Shown: piece by piece, positions 24,345 to 37,254 of the stretch
Layout: each line of letters begins with the position of its first letter
How positions within the stretch are numbered: the first letter of the stretch is position 1
Assembly: GCA_018398765.1 (NCBI GenBank)
Contig: JAHBMJ010000021.1
Location: 1-59,011 of the forward strand
Origin: Chromera velia
Taxonomy: Eukaryota
Reading direction: 5' to 3'
Length of the DNA: 59,011 nucleotides
Notes under the pieces: generated by a model
Told to the model about the DNA's origin: nothing
Databases searched by the model: none
The model's input: only the letters and a program-made list of their open reading frames with translations
Position numbers and translations under genes: made by a program

Positions 24345-25873
24345 AGAGAAGGAGAGACTAACACAAACGGAGAGATGGTACGGAATACTTGCCATGTTGC
24401 GAAAGCCAATCGAAAGTTCTTTCCTCTCAATCTCTTCCAACAGAAACACAAAAGCCAGGCGAAACCTGAAAGAAAAACAAAATGCTCCAGGATTGCACAG
24501 GAAAGCAGAGAGACAGTGCACAGCCACAAGCACTCCCCTGGTCATTTCGCCGAGGCACTCACCCCCTCGTCCTAGGAAGGCACTCACCTCCTCTTTGTAT
24601 TTGTCTGGCACCTCCATTTCCACTCTCTGGTTCCCCTTATGGCCCTCAAAGAGGTAGGCCTTCCTTCTGACGACGTCACATATTCCCTCGTGGAGATGCT
24701 CTAGACCCATGGGAATCTGGACAGAGGAGGGAGGGAGGAGACGCACACCTATGCAGAAATTTGAACGTGCAATTCACGTTTGCGATAGAAGTCTTTGAAG
24801 GCTGGCGGACAAAGCAGGGAACTGTCAAGAAAACTTAAGGGTACGCCCTCTGCAAGATCAGCACACATGTCACCTCTCTTTCTCTTTCAGTTTCTCTCTC
24901 TCTCTCCCACACACACACACACACACACAAACGCACAAACACGCAAAGACACACACACACACCCTCTCCTGTATCCATTCCCTTCTGTTCCCACCCACCT
25001 GAATTGGGTGGATGGTCAGCCCCAGTTTCTTTTTGGCCATCTCGAGGGCCCTCCAGGGGTCCGCACCCGCACGATCGAGTTTGTTCACAAACAGGACACG
25101 CGGAATCTGATACCTGCAGGAGAGGTGGCGAGATGGAATTTTCACATCAGTTTTTCCACGGGAAAGGAGAGGTTCGTCCTACCAACATACACACACTCGA
25201 ATGGAAGGAGACAGAAGGGAAAGGAAGCGGGAGAGGAATCCGTTTTGAAAGAGGGAACGGTGGCGAACGGGGGAAAGAACATCGTGAGGAGAGTGGACCA
25301 CAAAAAGCGGAAGAAATCCCGTGGAAGAATTTCTTGGATCGCCCTCTGCCTGCATGCCCACCTGCGCATCTGACGGTCGACAGTCAACGTCTGTGACTGG
25401 ACCCCGGCAACCGCACACATGAGAAGAACGGCCCCGTCCAGCACACGAAGGGCCCTCTCCACCTCTATTTGAAAGTCAACGTGCCCCGGCGTGTCGATAA
25501 TGTTAATATTGTGTCTTTTATTTTCCACCTCCCATTCTGTGAAGGTGGCAGCTGACTGAATGGTGATCCCCCTTTCCCTTTCCAACTCCATAGAGTCCAT
25601 CTTGGCACCCACCCCGTCCTTCCCTCCCACCTCATGGACCTCCTTGATCTTCCCTGTGTAGAACAGAATCCGCTCTGTCGTGGTGGTCTTCCCGCTGTCT
25701 ACATGAGCACTAATGCCAATATTTCGGACCTTGTCAAGGTCAACCATGTACTCATTGGCCTTCTTGCTGCCACTGCTTGGGGCTGACGCGAAGCCACGGA
25801 CAAAAGGAGACGGCAACCGAAAAACAAATGGTGAAGCCCTGCGTCGCAGCGCTACGGGGAAGGAAGCCGACAT
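19117..25873 (-). CDS. GFM1: Mitochondrial translation elongation factor G (EF-G1), 14 exons: 25873-25362, 25113-24999, 24716-24588, 24243-24032, 23110-23044, 22666-22565, 22283-22218, 21899-21809, 21605-21448, 21158-20874, 20461-20357, 20050-19971, 19688-19437, 19204-19117; alternative ATG at 25921
   Basis: [87 protein letters not shown]. All introns are GT-AG with compatible phases. The Arg/Ser-rich N-terminus resembles a presequence. Confidence 0.95.
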
Positions 25874-25921
25874 CCGACATCCCAGAACGGCCCGGGGAAA
25901 TCCAAGCGAACAGAACCCCAT

Positions 25922-27056
25922 CTGTGCGACCTGCTGCCTTCTCCACCTCTCGCTTGCACCACCCCCCGCCCAGAGCTTATCCAGACCTATGCTATGCGTC
26001 TCCTTTCTTCTGCATCAAATCGACACGACTCAGAAAATCCCGGACAGAAGCGCAGGGGCAGATAAGAGACTTTCTAGGTTAGGCACTACCTACTCGTGCA
26101 ACTAGCTTTGTACTGAAGTGAGTGATCGAAGTTTCACGGGACAGACAAGGCATTTCGCAGGGTTCGAGTGTGCCGGGGTCCTCTATACACCAGCTCGAGC
26201 GACGCGGGCCCGACCTTCGATCCGCATATGCTCGGCGACAGCCGCGCGCCTATGCGCGCCTCTCGCGCTCCCAGGGGCCCCGGCAAAAGTCTGTACAGCA
26301 GGTAAGAAGTACATGCATAGAAGTACACCATAAGTGCACCTCATCACTTTTCCTTAGAAAGATTTCCCTCCTGCAATCCTTCTTTCTCCTTGATTCTTGA
26401 TCCACCCGCTTCATTGAGGTCTGTGTGAATTCAAGACGACGCTGTGTCGCTGTGCGTTTACAGGGTGGCATTGAAAGTCCGACTCCTTCTCTTGCTTCGA
26501 TCAAAGCTGTGCGTCAGACAGTGACAGGGTTCGCTCTCTTGCTCGACTGCTTTCAGCATCTCTGGCTGGCTTTTTCTTGTCAGAAAAGACAGAAAAAGGC
26601 ACTTTTCCGTCAGGCTCCAGTCCGCTTAGCTGGCTCTGCTATGCGAGGAACGTGCTCTTCTGCTCTCCTTCTTGCGACTCGAACCTCCAATCAAATTTGT
26701 AATTCTCTTCTCAATAGAAGAAGACAAAGACTTGGTAGAGGCGCCTACCAAATTCCTGACCACTTTTCTTTTCTTCTCCAAGAGAGTCGCATACAGAATT
26801 CAGCATTGCATTGTTGGTCTCTTCAGCCCTAATTGATCTTCTGGAGATTCTGCTCGAAAGCACGGAGCCTCCACTGAAGGGAACTCGTCCCAAAGAAAGC
26901 AAATCTCGGAAGGCAGACTGCGCCACGGTCTCAGACAGAGCCTCACAGAAAAGTCGGAAGAGAACAGCTGAGCCTCTTCCTTTTGCGCCAAGGCGAACAC
27001 GGAATTTGACAGCGGATAGAGCAAGGAACCCACCAGCAAAGAAAGAAGAGGACAGA
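25922..27056. promoter_or_regulatory. Divergent intergenic/5'UTR region, candidate bidirectional promoter
   Basis: EF-G and cyclin start codons face away ~1.1-1.2 kb apart; a CpG-rich block lies at ~26160-26290. Confidence 0.45.
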
Positions 27057-29296
27057 ATGGACGTAGAAGACCCCCAAGACGCGCAATTCGACGCTTCCCC
27101 CACTGACGCCTCTTTCGTGCCGTCTCTGGCCAAAGTCCTCACGCACCTGATCTCCATGAGCCAGTCGACAAGAGGGCAGGTCAGCACGGCCGTTTGGGGC
27201 TTTGGACAGACCTCGCTTGCGGTGGATTTGTGTCTCGCTCTCTCCACCTGCGAGTACCCGCCTTCGCGTATCTGTGCGTGAAGCTATGTATGTGTTTGTG
27301 TGCACGTGTGCGTGTGTGTCTGGAAACGAGTTTGTTCGTCTGCCTGTTTGGCTTTTTGTTTGATTGTTTGTTTGCTTATTTGTTTGTTTTTATGGACCAA
27401 TATACAGGTGACCTTTTGGGAGTGATTGAGCAGAGAGGGAAGCGAGGGGAGAGAGAAAGGTGGTGAAAAAGAGAAACAGGAGATCAATGAGGACCAAAGG
27501 GAAGAGGGGGGAACAGACAACCTGTCTGTCTGAAAAACGGAAGGAAAGAGACGAAAAGAGAACAGAAGAGTGGATGGTTTGCATTTGTGTGTATGAGAAC
27601 TAAATAACCTGTGAGTCACCTTCTGTTGACTTCCTTCATCACAATATCCCAACAAAGTTTAGAGGATCGTATTAGAATCATGAGTTCGTGTACTTCACCG
27701 AGCCTCTTGGACAAATAGTCGATTATTTGATTTGTGCAGATCACGAGGTTTCACGCCATAAAGGCGCCGAACATCTCCATACACGACTATCTGATGAGGT
27801 CGGTCGGTGAGAGAACACTTCGACGTGCTGCTCGCTTTCTTCCACACTCGTCGGTTTGTGGTCGTTCTGCCTCGATTCCTCGAAGCACTTCGCACAGAGG
27901 AAGGAACATTACATTCCGTTCCTCGGCATTCGGTGAGGAGGTTTTTGAATATGTTTGTCCGTTCGGGAGGAAAATACGCAAATGGGAAAAGCAGCGCCCA
28001 TGCAGCTCTGTCTCTCGCCACCTGTTTTCTCTTTTCAATAGTTACAGACGCACGAACCCCCCTCTGCAGGTTACCTGAAACAAATGCGAAGCAGCTCCGT
28101 GATGTGAACAGCAGTTTGTGAACAGCTCCGTGGTGTGAACCTGAACTGACTGCTGGATCATTGCCTTTCTCCTCTGCGTATGTGTGTGTGCAGGATAGCG
28201 AAGTACTTTGGGTGTTCGCACGAGTGTTTCGTCCTGTCGTTGGTGTACATCGATCGCATCGTCAAGATCCACCAGGACTTCACTATCAGCTCTCTCAACA
28301 TTCACAGGTAGACAAGCATTTCAGGGAAATGTATTCTGTATGAAAGTCAATGCATGCACCAGGACTTCACTATCAGCTCTCTCAACATTCACAGGTAGAC
28401 AAGCATTTCAGGGAAATGCATTCTGTATGAAAGTCAATGCATGCACCAGGACTTCACTATCAGCTCTCTCAACATTCACAGGTAGGTAGGTAGGTAGCAG
28501 AGGGAAGGAAACAGAGAAGAGAGAAAGAACATCAGTGTCAATGCGGTGGGAAGCAAGAGAATCAAACAGAAGGGGAGGGGGTCAAGCAGACATTGCACCT
28601 CTCTAAGCGTGTGTCTGTTCTTCGGTTTCTTTGACTCAGACGACGACTTCTGTTTGCCCATCCAGGTGCTTGTCTCTTCCTTCCTGTTTCTCTCTGACCT
28701 GACCTGACTGCATGGACTTCATGGACGAAAAAAACTAAATAAATGTCTTCCCTCCCGCCTTTTCTTTCTTTGCCACAGGTTGCTGGTGACGGCCATCATG
28801 CTGGCAGTGAAGTATTTTGATGATAAGTACTACGCAAACGCGTACTACGCCAAAGTGAGTCAGGCAGTCAGTCAGTCGGCCAGACGTACACCACAAACCA
28901 GGCAAGCGCATCCATTCTCACGCAGACACGCAGATCTTGCACTTTTTTTTTCTCGGAGCGATCCTTCTCTCCAGCAGCAACACCGTCTCTTTCCCTTCTT
29001 TTTCCATCGCTTCCTGTTTCTTTCCCGCTTCGTCTGTTTCGTCTGTAGGTGACTTCATCCTTCTAATGATGTCTGCACTTGATTCTTTCACTCTTCCTTT
29101 TCCTTCTTCAGGTTGGGGGTGTGAAGACTCGAGAGATCAACGTATGCATACTATCTGTATGTATGAAAGTAAATGCAAATTCCCTTCTTCAGGTTGGGGG
29201 TGTGAAGACTCGAGAAATCAACGTCCTGGAGGTCCACTTCCTGACTCTGATAGGGTACCAACTCTTTGTGACTCCCCAGGAGTACGAACAGTACAG

Positions 29297-29333
<37 letters not shown>

Positions 29334-29334
29334 C

Positions 29335-29371
<37 letters not shown>

Positions 29372-30485
29372 CGTGAGCAAGTGCGCGTGCGTGTGCGTGT
29401 GTGTACTTACTCGTAGTCTGCAGCTACTCAATGTGGGTGCCTGTGCCTTTTTGAGGGTGTCATGTACCTGAACGAAGCACGGAGAGCAGATACGGCAGGA
29501 GGAGTGAAATGGGGTGTATTTCGTTTTTCTGTCTTCCGTTTGACGGTCGCACCTCTCCTTCTTTGTACAATCATGCGCCAAATCTGGGAGTCCGTCCGTA
29601 TGATGTGTGTGCAATCAGCAATTGAGGAAGTCAGCGAGTCAGCAGAGCACTGCGAAATCAAAGCGAGGCGAGGCAGGGAATTGACCGCCTCTTTCATTTT
29701 TCCTTTTCTCTCTCTCTCTCTTTGTGATGATGCAGAAACAACGTTCTGTTGGCAGTCAATGCTGCCGGAACTGTTCCTTCAGAGATGGTCAGTCAGTTTG
29801 TCAGTCAGTAGGGGAGTTGGATGAGTTGTTGGAGGATTTCTTGTGCGCCTCCAGGAGAAGTTGCAAAACGATCCGGGAAAGGAGGCAAAAAAGAAGGTGT
29901 TTGTCTGAGCGGTGTGTGTAGGGCAAGCAGTTTATTCTCTTTTTGTTATCTCTGCCTTCCTTCCGTCCTTCCTTCCTGTTCCTCTCATCCAGGTTTCATT
30001 CGTCTCTCTCTGCATGTACTTCACTTGATTGCTGCATCCAGCCTGCGGGTGCGGAGGGAGGAGAAGCGAACACACCGGCAGTGACAGCGGCAGATCCCTC
30101 CGCGTCTGCCTCTGCCTCCTCAGCCGTGGGTGGAGACGGGGGTGCCACCTCCTCGACCGCAGCAGGAGGTCAGAGAGGCTCAGTGACAGCCATGGCTGTG
30201 GACTCGGGAGAGGGCGGGGGGGGGAGCAGCCAGGGTGGCGGTGCGACAGGAGCAGGGCCTCCCACGTCAAGTGTCCAGCAGATGGGAGGGGGAACTCAGG
30301 GGGGGTTTGGAGGTAATCTGAGCTCTGCCCCCACCTCCTCGAACTCGAAAGGGGCTGGGCTGAGAGCGGGGCACGAACGAGGCGCCTCGGCTTCGTTGCG
30401 TGGTGCAGCAGCAAGCGAAGGATGTAGTTACGGGGGGGGAGGGGGAGTCGGTGTAAGTGTCTTTGGAGGCACAGAGCCGGCGTGA
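27057..30485 (+). CDS. P/U-type (PHO80-like) cyclin, 7 exons: 27057-27179, 27740-27798, 28194-28307, 28779-28854, 29193-29296, 29736-29787, 30042-30485
   Basis: [39 protein letters not shown]...[47 protein letters not shown]...[12 protein letters not shown], then a Gly/Ser/Ala tail. GT-AG introns are in phase. The last two exons are less certain. Confidence 0.9.
28270..28485 (+). repeat. 87-bp tandem repeat (~2.5 copies) spanning the cyclin exon 3 end and donor site
   Basis: CACCAGGACTTCACTATCAGCTCTCTCAACATTCACAGGTAG starts at 28270, 28357 and 28444. Confidence 0.95.
29100..29224 (+). repeat. 81-bp-period duplication of the cyclin exon 5 acceptor and first 10 codons
   Basis: CCTTCTTCAG|GTTGGGGGTGTGAAGACTCGAGA(G/A)ATCAACGT, with exon-like starts at 29112 and 29193. 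Confidence 0.95.
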
Positions 30486-31763
30486 GAAGAAAAGAAAAGA
30501 ACAGGGGGGGGGAGTGGGAATGAATGTGTTTGTGGGGGGTGAGAAGCCTGGCAGACGAATGTGTCTTCGTTTCGTTCTTGTTTTCTGCCCCTCCCTTCTG
30601 TCTTTCTTACTTCCCTCCTTTCGGACCCTTTCTGAATTCATCTCTTCATCCGTCCCCTTCCTCTTTGCACTTTCTTCATCTCTGGCTAGAAGAGAAGAGG
30701 AGAGAAGGGAGGGATTGCATGTCCGTCTCTTGGCTGGCAGGGTGCGTGGGTCGGTCAGTCGGTTGGTCTGTCTGTCTGTCTGTCTGTTCAACGGTATCTC
30801 TGTCTGTCTGGGTGTGCCTGTCTGGCTGACCGTCTGGTTTTCTGGCTGGCTGTATGGATGGTTTTGGGGATTTGTCTGTTGTTGGGAAGGGGGGGAAAGG
30901 GGTTTTGAAGGGCTTTCTCGTGGGGGAAAGGGAGCGGGCATCGGTATATGGGTATTCCTGGTGAAGACCTGTGTGTGTGTATGTATGTGTGTGTGTAGGT
31001 GAAGGTGTAAGAGTCCAAGGAGGGCGATGGAGAATTCGTTTTTTGCTGTGTGGAGAAGAAGAGATATCAGAAGAAGAGGAAGGTGGTCGTACAAGGACAT
31101 GCTGAAAGAAGAAAAATGGCAGGCAGGTATGCGTTCGTTCAGAACAGAACAGAACTGGTTTGTTTGAGGTGGGGGCCGACAAGAAGATCCCGATAATCTT
31201 CGAAAAAAAAAGAAAAAGAGAAAGAGAACTTGAAGCTTCGGGCTTCGTTTTGATGGTTCTGCAATTTGAAGTGTCAGAAAGGAAAAGAGGGAGGAGGGAG
31301 GGAAGAAGGAAGGACGGAAGGAATGAGGCCATGCAGTACGGTAAGGACTCTTCAAAAAAGAAGACGAGGGAATAAATGAAGGTGATTTGAAGGTTTTGAA
31401 GGGGCGTGGAGGGGCGTGGAGCTCTTCTTTCACTTCCTTCTTCCTTTCTTATCCGAATGCTTACATGACTTGGCAAATGCATGGATTGATCCTTCGATTC
31501 GTTGGTTGGTTGGTTGTCTGGTTGGTTGGCTGTCCGACAGCTGTCTGGCCGGTCACTCGATGCAGTCTTGTCTTGTTTGTCCTTTGGTTTCGTTTCGTTT
31601 TTCTTTTTGTTGGTCGTTTGTTGGTACGCTTCCTTTTGTGTGTAGAAGAGGAATGAATTTTCTTCTTTTGGCCGCCTTTCCTTCAACCATTTCCGTCTTC
31701 GGTTGTTTCTTTCGTTCGTGTTTTTTTGTTTCTTTGCGAATTTCCTTGCGTGGGTGGAAGGAG

Positions 31764-31806
<43 letters not shown>

Positions 31807-34800
31807 GTGCGTTTGTGTGGTTGCATGTGTGTACCTGCGAGATGCCAGTTATGTGTGCACTGTTTCAGTATGTGCATGTGAGGAGACGGTAGATCGTATC
31901 TGCCTCTCCTCTCTCCTTTCCTTGTTGCACGCTTCTTTCTTCTCTCACCTTGTCGGGCTGGAATGAGGAACGGAACGAAAACAAAAACGTTTCCTTCCAT
32001 TGCCTCCTCTCGGGTCTCTTCTCTTCCTTCCCATCTTTCTTCCTTCCTTCCACGCACATTCATTCCCATACAATCCTCCCTCCTTTGTTTAAACACACAT
32101 CCACGCACACATACACACTCCCGCACACACAGGAGGACAAACAGGTAGACAGAGTCACAAACAAAGAGACAAGCGCACCGAGACAGAAAGAAAGAAAGAC
32201 AGACAGACAAAGAGTCTGTCGGAGCGCACAAGACCCAGTGATCTCGAAAGGAAGGGGAAGGGAAGGGGGCGGATCTGGGTGTTATGCTGCCAAAAGAAAG
32301 AAAGGAATGCAAGACGGAATGAAGGAGGAAACCAGAAAGAAAGAAAGAAGGAAAGAAAGCAAGCAAGAAAGAAAGAAAGAAAACGATCAGTACGCGGACT
32401 GTGAAGGTTTTCATTTGTTGAGAAAGGCAGAGAGAGAAAAGCCGAGGTCATGCATCCTTTTGCAATCGAAGGGAGAGGGGGGGGGGGGGGGAGCGAGGCC
32501 TTTTCCTTCCATTCAACGGACTGACGGGCCTGTAAAGGGAGGCATTCATGGGAGGGGGCATGCAGGCAAGAAAGAAAGTGAGAGAGAGGGGGCTCTTCTT
32601 TCCTTTCTTTTATCCCCACACCCCCTTCTTCCCTCCTTGACGGTGTTGGGACGCGATCGTTCGATCACCTCTTTTTGTCGCTCTGCCCCCCCTCTGCGGT
32701 GGAAATGAAAACAGAAAAGAAGAAATTAAGTGAAACAAAAGACAGACAGGCACACAGCATGTATGCATGTTTGGTGTTTTGTGCGTTGTCCTTTAATGTG
32801 TGTGTTTGAGAGAGAGAGAGAAGGGGGGGGAAGAGGGAGAGAGGGTGGGCAGGTTGAGCCTTCAATGTGCCTTTTCTGCCTTGTAATGCTTGAAAGCCTT
32901 TGTCCTTTAGCCAGCCTGCCTGTTTGCTGCACCCTGGCTGTCGCGCTGCTGCTTTCGTCTTTCTCTTCGAGTCTTTCTCATGTGGAGAGAGTGAAGGGGA
33001 AGAAAGGGGGTGGGAGAGTGTGCGGTTTTGGTCGTTCTGCTCGCACCTCTTTGCCTCATGTTTTTTTATCCACCAGTTTGTCTATTTAACCGGAACAAAC
33101 AGTCTTTCTTTCTTCCTTCCTTCCTTGCTGTCTGATCAGATATGGTTACGTGTCCTCGGTAGGCCCGCCTTTTCTTGCACAGAGCGAGAGAGAGAGAGAG
33201 CCTCGTTGGGCGGGTGCAAAAAGGTATCCTTGTTCGTCTCCCGTCGGCATTACCGTGTAAGGCTTCGTGCTTCCTTGCCTCATTTTCGGCTTGCCCCCGC
33301 ACCACAGAGAGTGGAGAGAAAACAAAGAAGAGGAAAAGAGAAGCAGGCAGCTTGTTGACGTGCGCGTTGCAGCATTTGGTCCCCTCGACCTTTCGGGTAA
33401 TCTATTCAGTTGGTTGTTGGGTGTCCCTCTTCCTTCCTGCAGGAAGAAAAGAAGATGTGCTCTTTTGTCTCGCCTCTCCTTTTGTGAATAACCGCAAATC
33501 CCATCTGTATCTTTATTTATTATTCTTTCTGGGGGGGGAGGGGAGAAAGAGAGAGACGCTTTGTTGCTTCGTGCAGGCAGAGGGGGAGAGGGAGGGGGGG
33601 ACTGATTGGGTTGATTCGCTGATGGATGGAGGGAGAGAGTGACTGCACAAATTTTCCTTCGCGCCGTCAGAGCACTGAAGTCAATTGATGTTGAGGGGCA
33701 AGGCCAACACACCTACCTGGGGAAGTACGGATGAGGAAGCAAGCAAGGAAAGAAGGAAATCCAACGGGAGGGCCAGGGAGATGGGTGGTAGTAAAGAAGG
33801 CAAGAGGAAACATTTAGCACACACACACACACAAAACAAAGTTCTATTCTGCTCCGTTCAAGAAAGGCGCAAGCGACCTGAATGAACTGCAGGCCTGAAA
33901 ACAGGGAAGCCAGTGAAGATGGGAGAAAACTTGAAGTCGGAAAAGAGATCAAACCCAAAGAAAAAAAGAAAGAAGTGCGAAAGGCGAAATCTTTCGACTC
34001 CTTAGGTGTTTTTGGTCAGAAGAATGAAGTCACTGTTTCCCCTCATTCCTCGCTGGAGTCTTTCGCGTCTCCATGCCATTTTGGCTCCTGGTTTTTGTTT
34101 TGACAACCAATGGGACAGGAAGGGGCAGAAGGAAAATGGAATGAGTGATCCCATCAACCACAACCAAACAAGACGAGTTAGGCGGCAAGATAGATAGAAC
34201 ATACCACAGACACCAACCCGCTCTCTTTCTCTCTTCCACTGTGCCCATGTGTCTATCTTCATGTTTGTCTCTCCTAACGAACTTCTCCCCGTCTGGGTGC
34301 TTCGACTCACATTCGCCTGCTCGTCACCTCCTATTCGCTGTGTTTATTTATTTGATCTGTCAATCATTCAACCATTGATCCATTCATTCCACTTTAATCT
34401 CTTGTGCGTGCCTGCCTGGCTGCCTGGCTGCCCTCCGTTTCGGGTTCTTCAAATTTGGAGGGCACCTTCCCTTCACGCATGCAGCCCCAATTTTGTCCAC
34501 CGATGACCGCAGACTGCACGTCTTTCCCTTCTTCGCTTCTTTCTTGCTTGTCCGCTTGTCTGTTGCTTGTCGTGTCTGCTTGTCTCCAGAGGGCCTGCCG
34601 ACGGCGAAGGAAATTTCTTTTAATCAAATTCAGACAGACAGAGCTTCGTTCTCATCATATCGCTATGTGGAGGCCTTCTTCTTCCCTTCCTTCCTTCCTG
34701 AGGCTGGTCAGTCGGTCGGAAGGCGAGGGTCTCCGCTTCTCTCTCGCCACTTCACGAGGAGGCATCTTTCTTACTGTCTGCCTTTCTCTTTCTCTTCTTC

Positions 34801-35364
34801 CCCCACTGCACGAGCAGAGAGAGAGCAAGATTGCCCTCAATCCTCCTTCCTTTTCCGTCGGCTGTCCCGCACGCGTTCTGGTTGAGTTGCCATCGATGGA
34901 TTGGAAGAATTCATGGATGAATTGAAAAGGGAGTGAGATAAGTAACTGCGCGACTATCCAGGTGTCGTCTGGGGCAGTGAAGAGAAAAGGTTCGTTTGGT
35001 TTACTGGTGGGCTGTTGCTGGTGACGATATCCTACAGGTAGGCAATGAGACAGTCAAACAAACATGCAAGTAGACAGAGAGGCAATCAGGCAGTGGGTCT
35101 GCCACTTCATTTCCGTCACCGCGCCACCAATAACGATGCAATGACGAACTGCTGTAACAGAAGGAGAAGATGAACGGTTTCATTCACTCTCCTTTGCCCT
35201 TTTTTGAAAAGGCTTTCTTGATTGATTTATTGATTGGTTGAGGCATGAAAGAAGTCAAGTCGAAGAGCTACAGACGGGTGGCTTGCAACCGCGACACAAA
35301 AAAGACCATCTGGCAAGACAGACAAGACAGAGTTGGGGATGGTGGGTGGATCGGGCACTCGACG

Positions 35365-35400
<36 letters not shown>

Positions 35401-35996
35401 TCTGCATGTGTCCGTCCCTGTGTGTCGAGTTGCGAAAGGAAGGAAAGTTTGGAGACACCAACAAGAGGGAGAACTGAGAAAACGGAGGAAAAGAAAATCA
35501 TGAGAAGGAGTGAGGAGGAACAGGAAGGCAAGAGAGGGAGTCAAACAAATGAAGTAAACGCCCTTCATTTGGCACGACATGGAGACGAGCGAGAAGAGAT
35601 GGATGTGCCTGCAAGCTTCTTTCAGCGGCCCGCTGGTCTTCTGACAATGGGAGAGCAGAAGGGAAAGAGCAATCACAAAAGCAAAGGCAAAGAAAAAAGA
35701 AGCTGAAGGAGGAAGAAAGAAAGTTCAACGCAGAGAGGGCGAGTGTCGCCTCTCTGCTCTGAATGAGTTTTGCCGTTCTTTCCATGTCCACCGACTCGTT
35801 TGTTTCTTGGTTGCTGGGTTGGCTCGTTGGTTGGTTTTGTTCGTTGTTGCATGTCGGGGAGATCGTCGTCCGTGCGCTTTTTTTGTTCTTCCTTCTGGCG
35901 CTTCGACCTCTATCGTTCATCGGTCGGTCGGTCTGTTAACGTCTCTGTCCGTTTTCTTTCTTTCTTCCTTTCTTTTCTTTCTTCCTTTCTTTCTTC

Positions 35997-36027
<31 letters not shown>

Positions 36028-37218
36028 TCGTTCCTCTCCTCTTTGTCTGGGCGGCGATCCTCTCGTTTTCATGTATGTTGTTACTTAATTGTCGTTGTCC
36101 TTCTTTTTCGATCAGCACCTTGTGATGCAGGCAGGTCTCATTTTTGGATGGGTGGGAGGAAGGAAGGAAGGATGGATTTCTGTCCCACATCTTGAAAAGA
36201 GGCGAGGCGGGTGGATTGATGGGGAAATTATTTCCCTTGCCTCCCCCTTCCCTGCCTGGCGGTGCTGCGGGCACACTGCAAAGAATGAATGAAGGGCAGG
36301 AACACGCGAGCAGGCTCTCTCTCCTCTCCCTCTCTCCTGCTTGTGCGTGCGTGTGTGTCTGTGCATGTTCTCTCTGTCATTGTAGAGGTGCAGACAGAGC
36401 AAAGGATAAGTGAGGGGAGTGACGGACAACCAAACAGATAGGCAGGCAGGCAGGCAGGCAGTCAGACACAGTGAGTGTGTGAGGAGAGAAATAGGGAACG
36501 GCGTCAGATCGCTTCAAGAAGTGAGTCGATAGATGCATCTGTCGTCGTTTCAGTAAAGTAGACTTGACTTCACAAGCATGAGAAAAGAAAAGAGACATGC
36601 AGACAGCTGAGAGCAATGAAAGTCAGGACGGACAGAAGAAGGCAATCAGATCTTCATCCGTCTCCGTTGACCGTGACGCAAAGGAAAAGACAATGAAGGG
36701 AACCTAGTCAGCCACCCAGCCAACCAGACAGACAGCCGCAGTGCCACCGAGCGGAAGGCCTGCGGACCGCCACTTCTCATGATTAACGCCATTTTCTCAT
36801 TTCAGTTCAGCTTGGCTCAAAGTTCCTGGGCTTCATCTGCAAGTTCATTCCCAGACTGAGGGTTATCACCCTCAAAAATGTCCTCCCCTTAGTTCTCCCC
36901 TTGGGTCCTTGTTCTCTGGTCGGCTTCTATCTCTGGTCTCATTATTATCAATAATCAATGACACTAGCAATGACATCAAGTATCATGATACTGGGGGAAA
37001 AGGGGGGTGCACACGCTGGTTAAATCCTAGGGTCAAACTAGATTAAAACTGTCAAAAAAAAAAATGAATCACAATTTAGTTAGTTAGTTTGGTTTTTCGG
37101 GAAAATATCAACTAACTAAAGAACTAAACTAACTAAAGTCCACACCTAGGGTCCCCCTCGCAAACGACAAGGACATCAACATATATGAATGAATGAATGA
37201 AGTTGGCTTTGCTAGAGT

Positions 37219-37252
<34 letters not shown>

Positions 37253-37254
<2 letters not shown>

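Noticed and set aside
19117..25921. EF-G as bacterial fusA contamination or recent HGT
   Set aside because: It has 13 spliceosomal introns, a presequence-like N-terminus and mitochondrial EF-G1-type motifs.
28270..28485. Repeat-spacer-repeat pattern as a mini-CRISPR
   Set aside because: The 'spacers' are near-identical and the repeat is cyclin exon sequence.
30267..33712. Long ORFs of 240-390 aa downstream of cyclin
   Set aside because: Low-complexity translations on both strands with no recognisable motifs.
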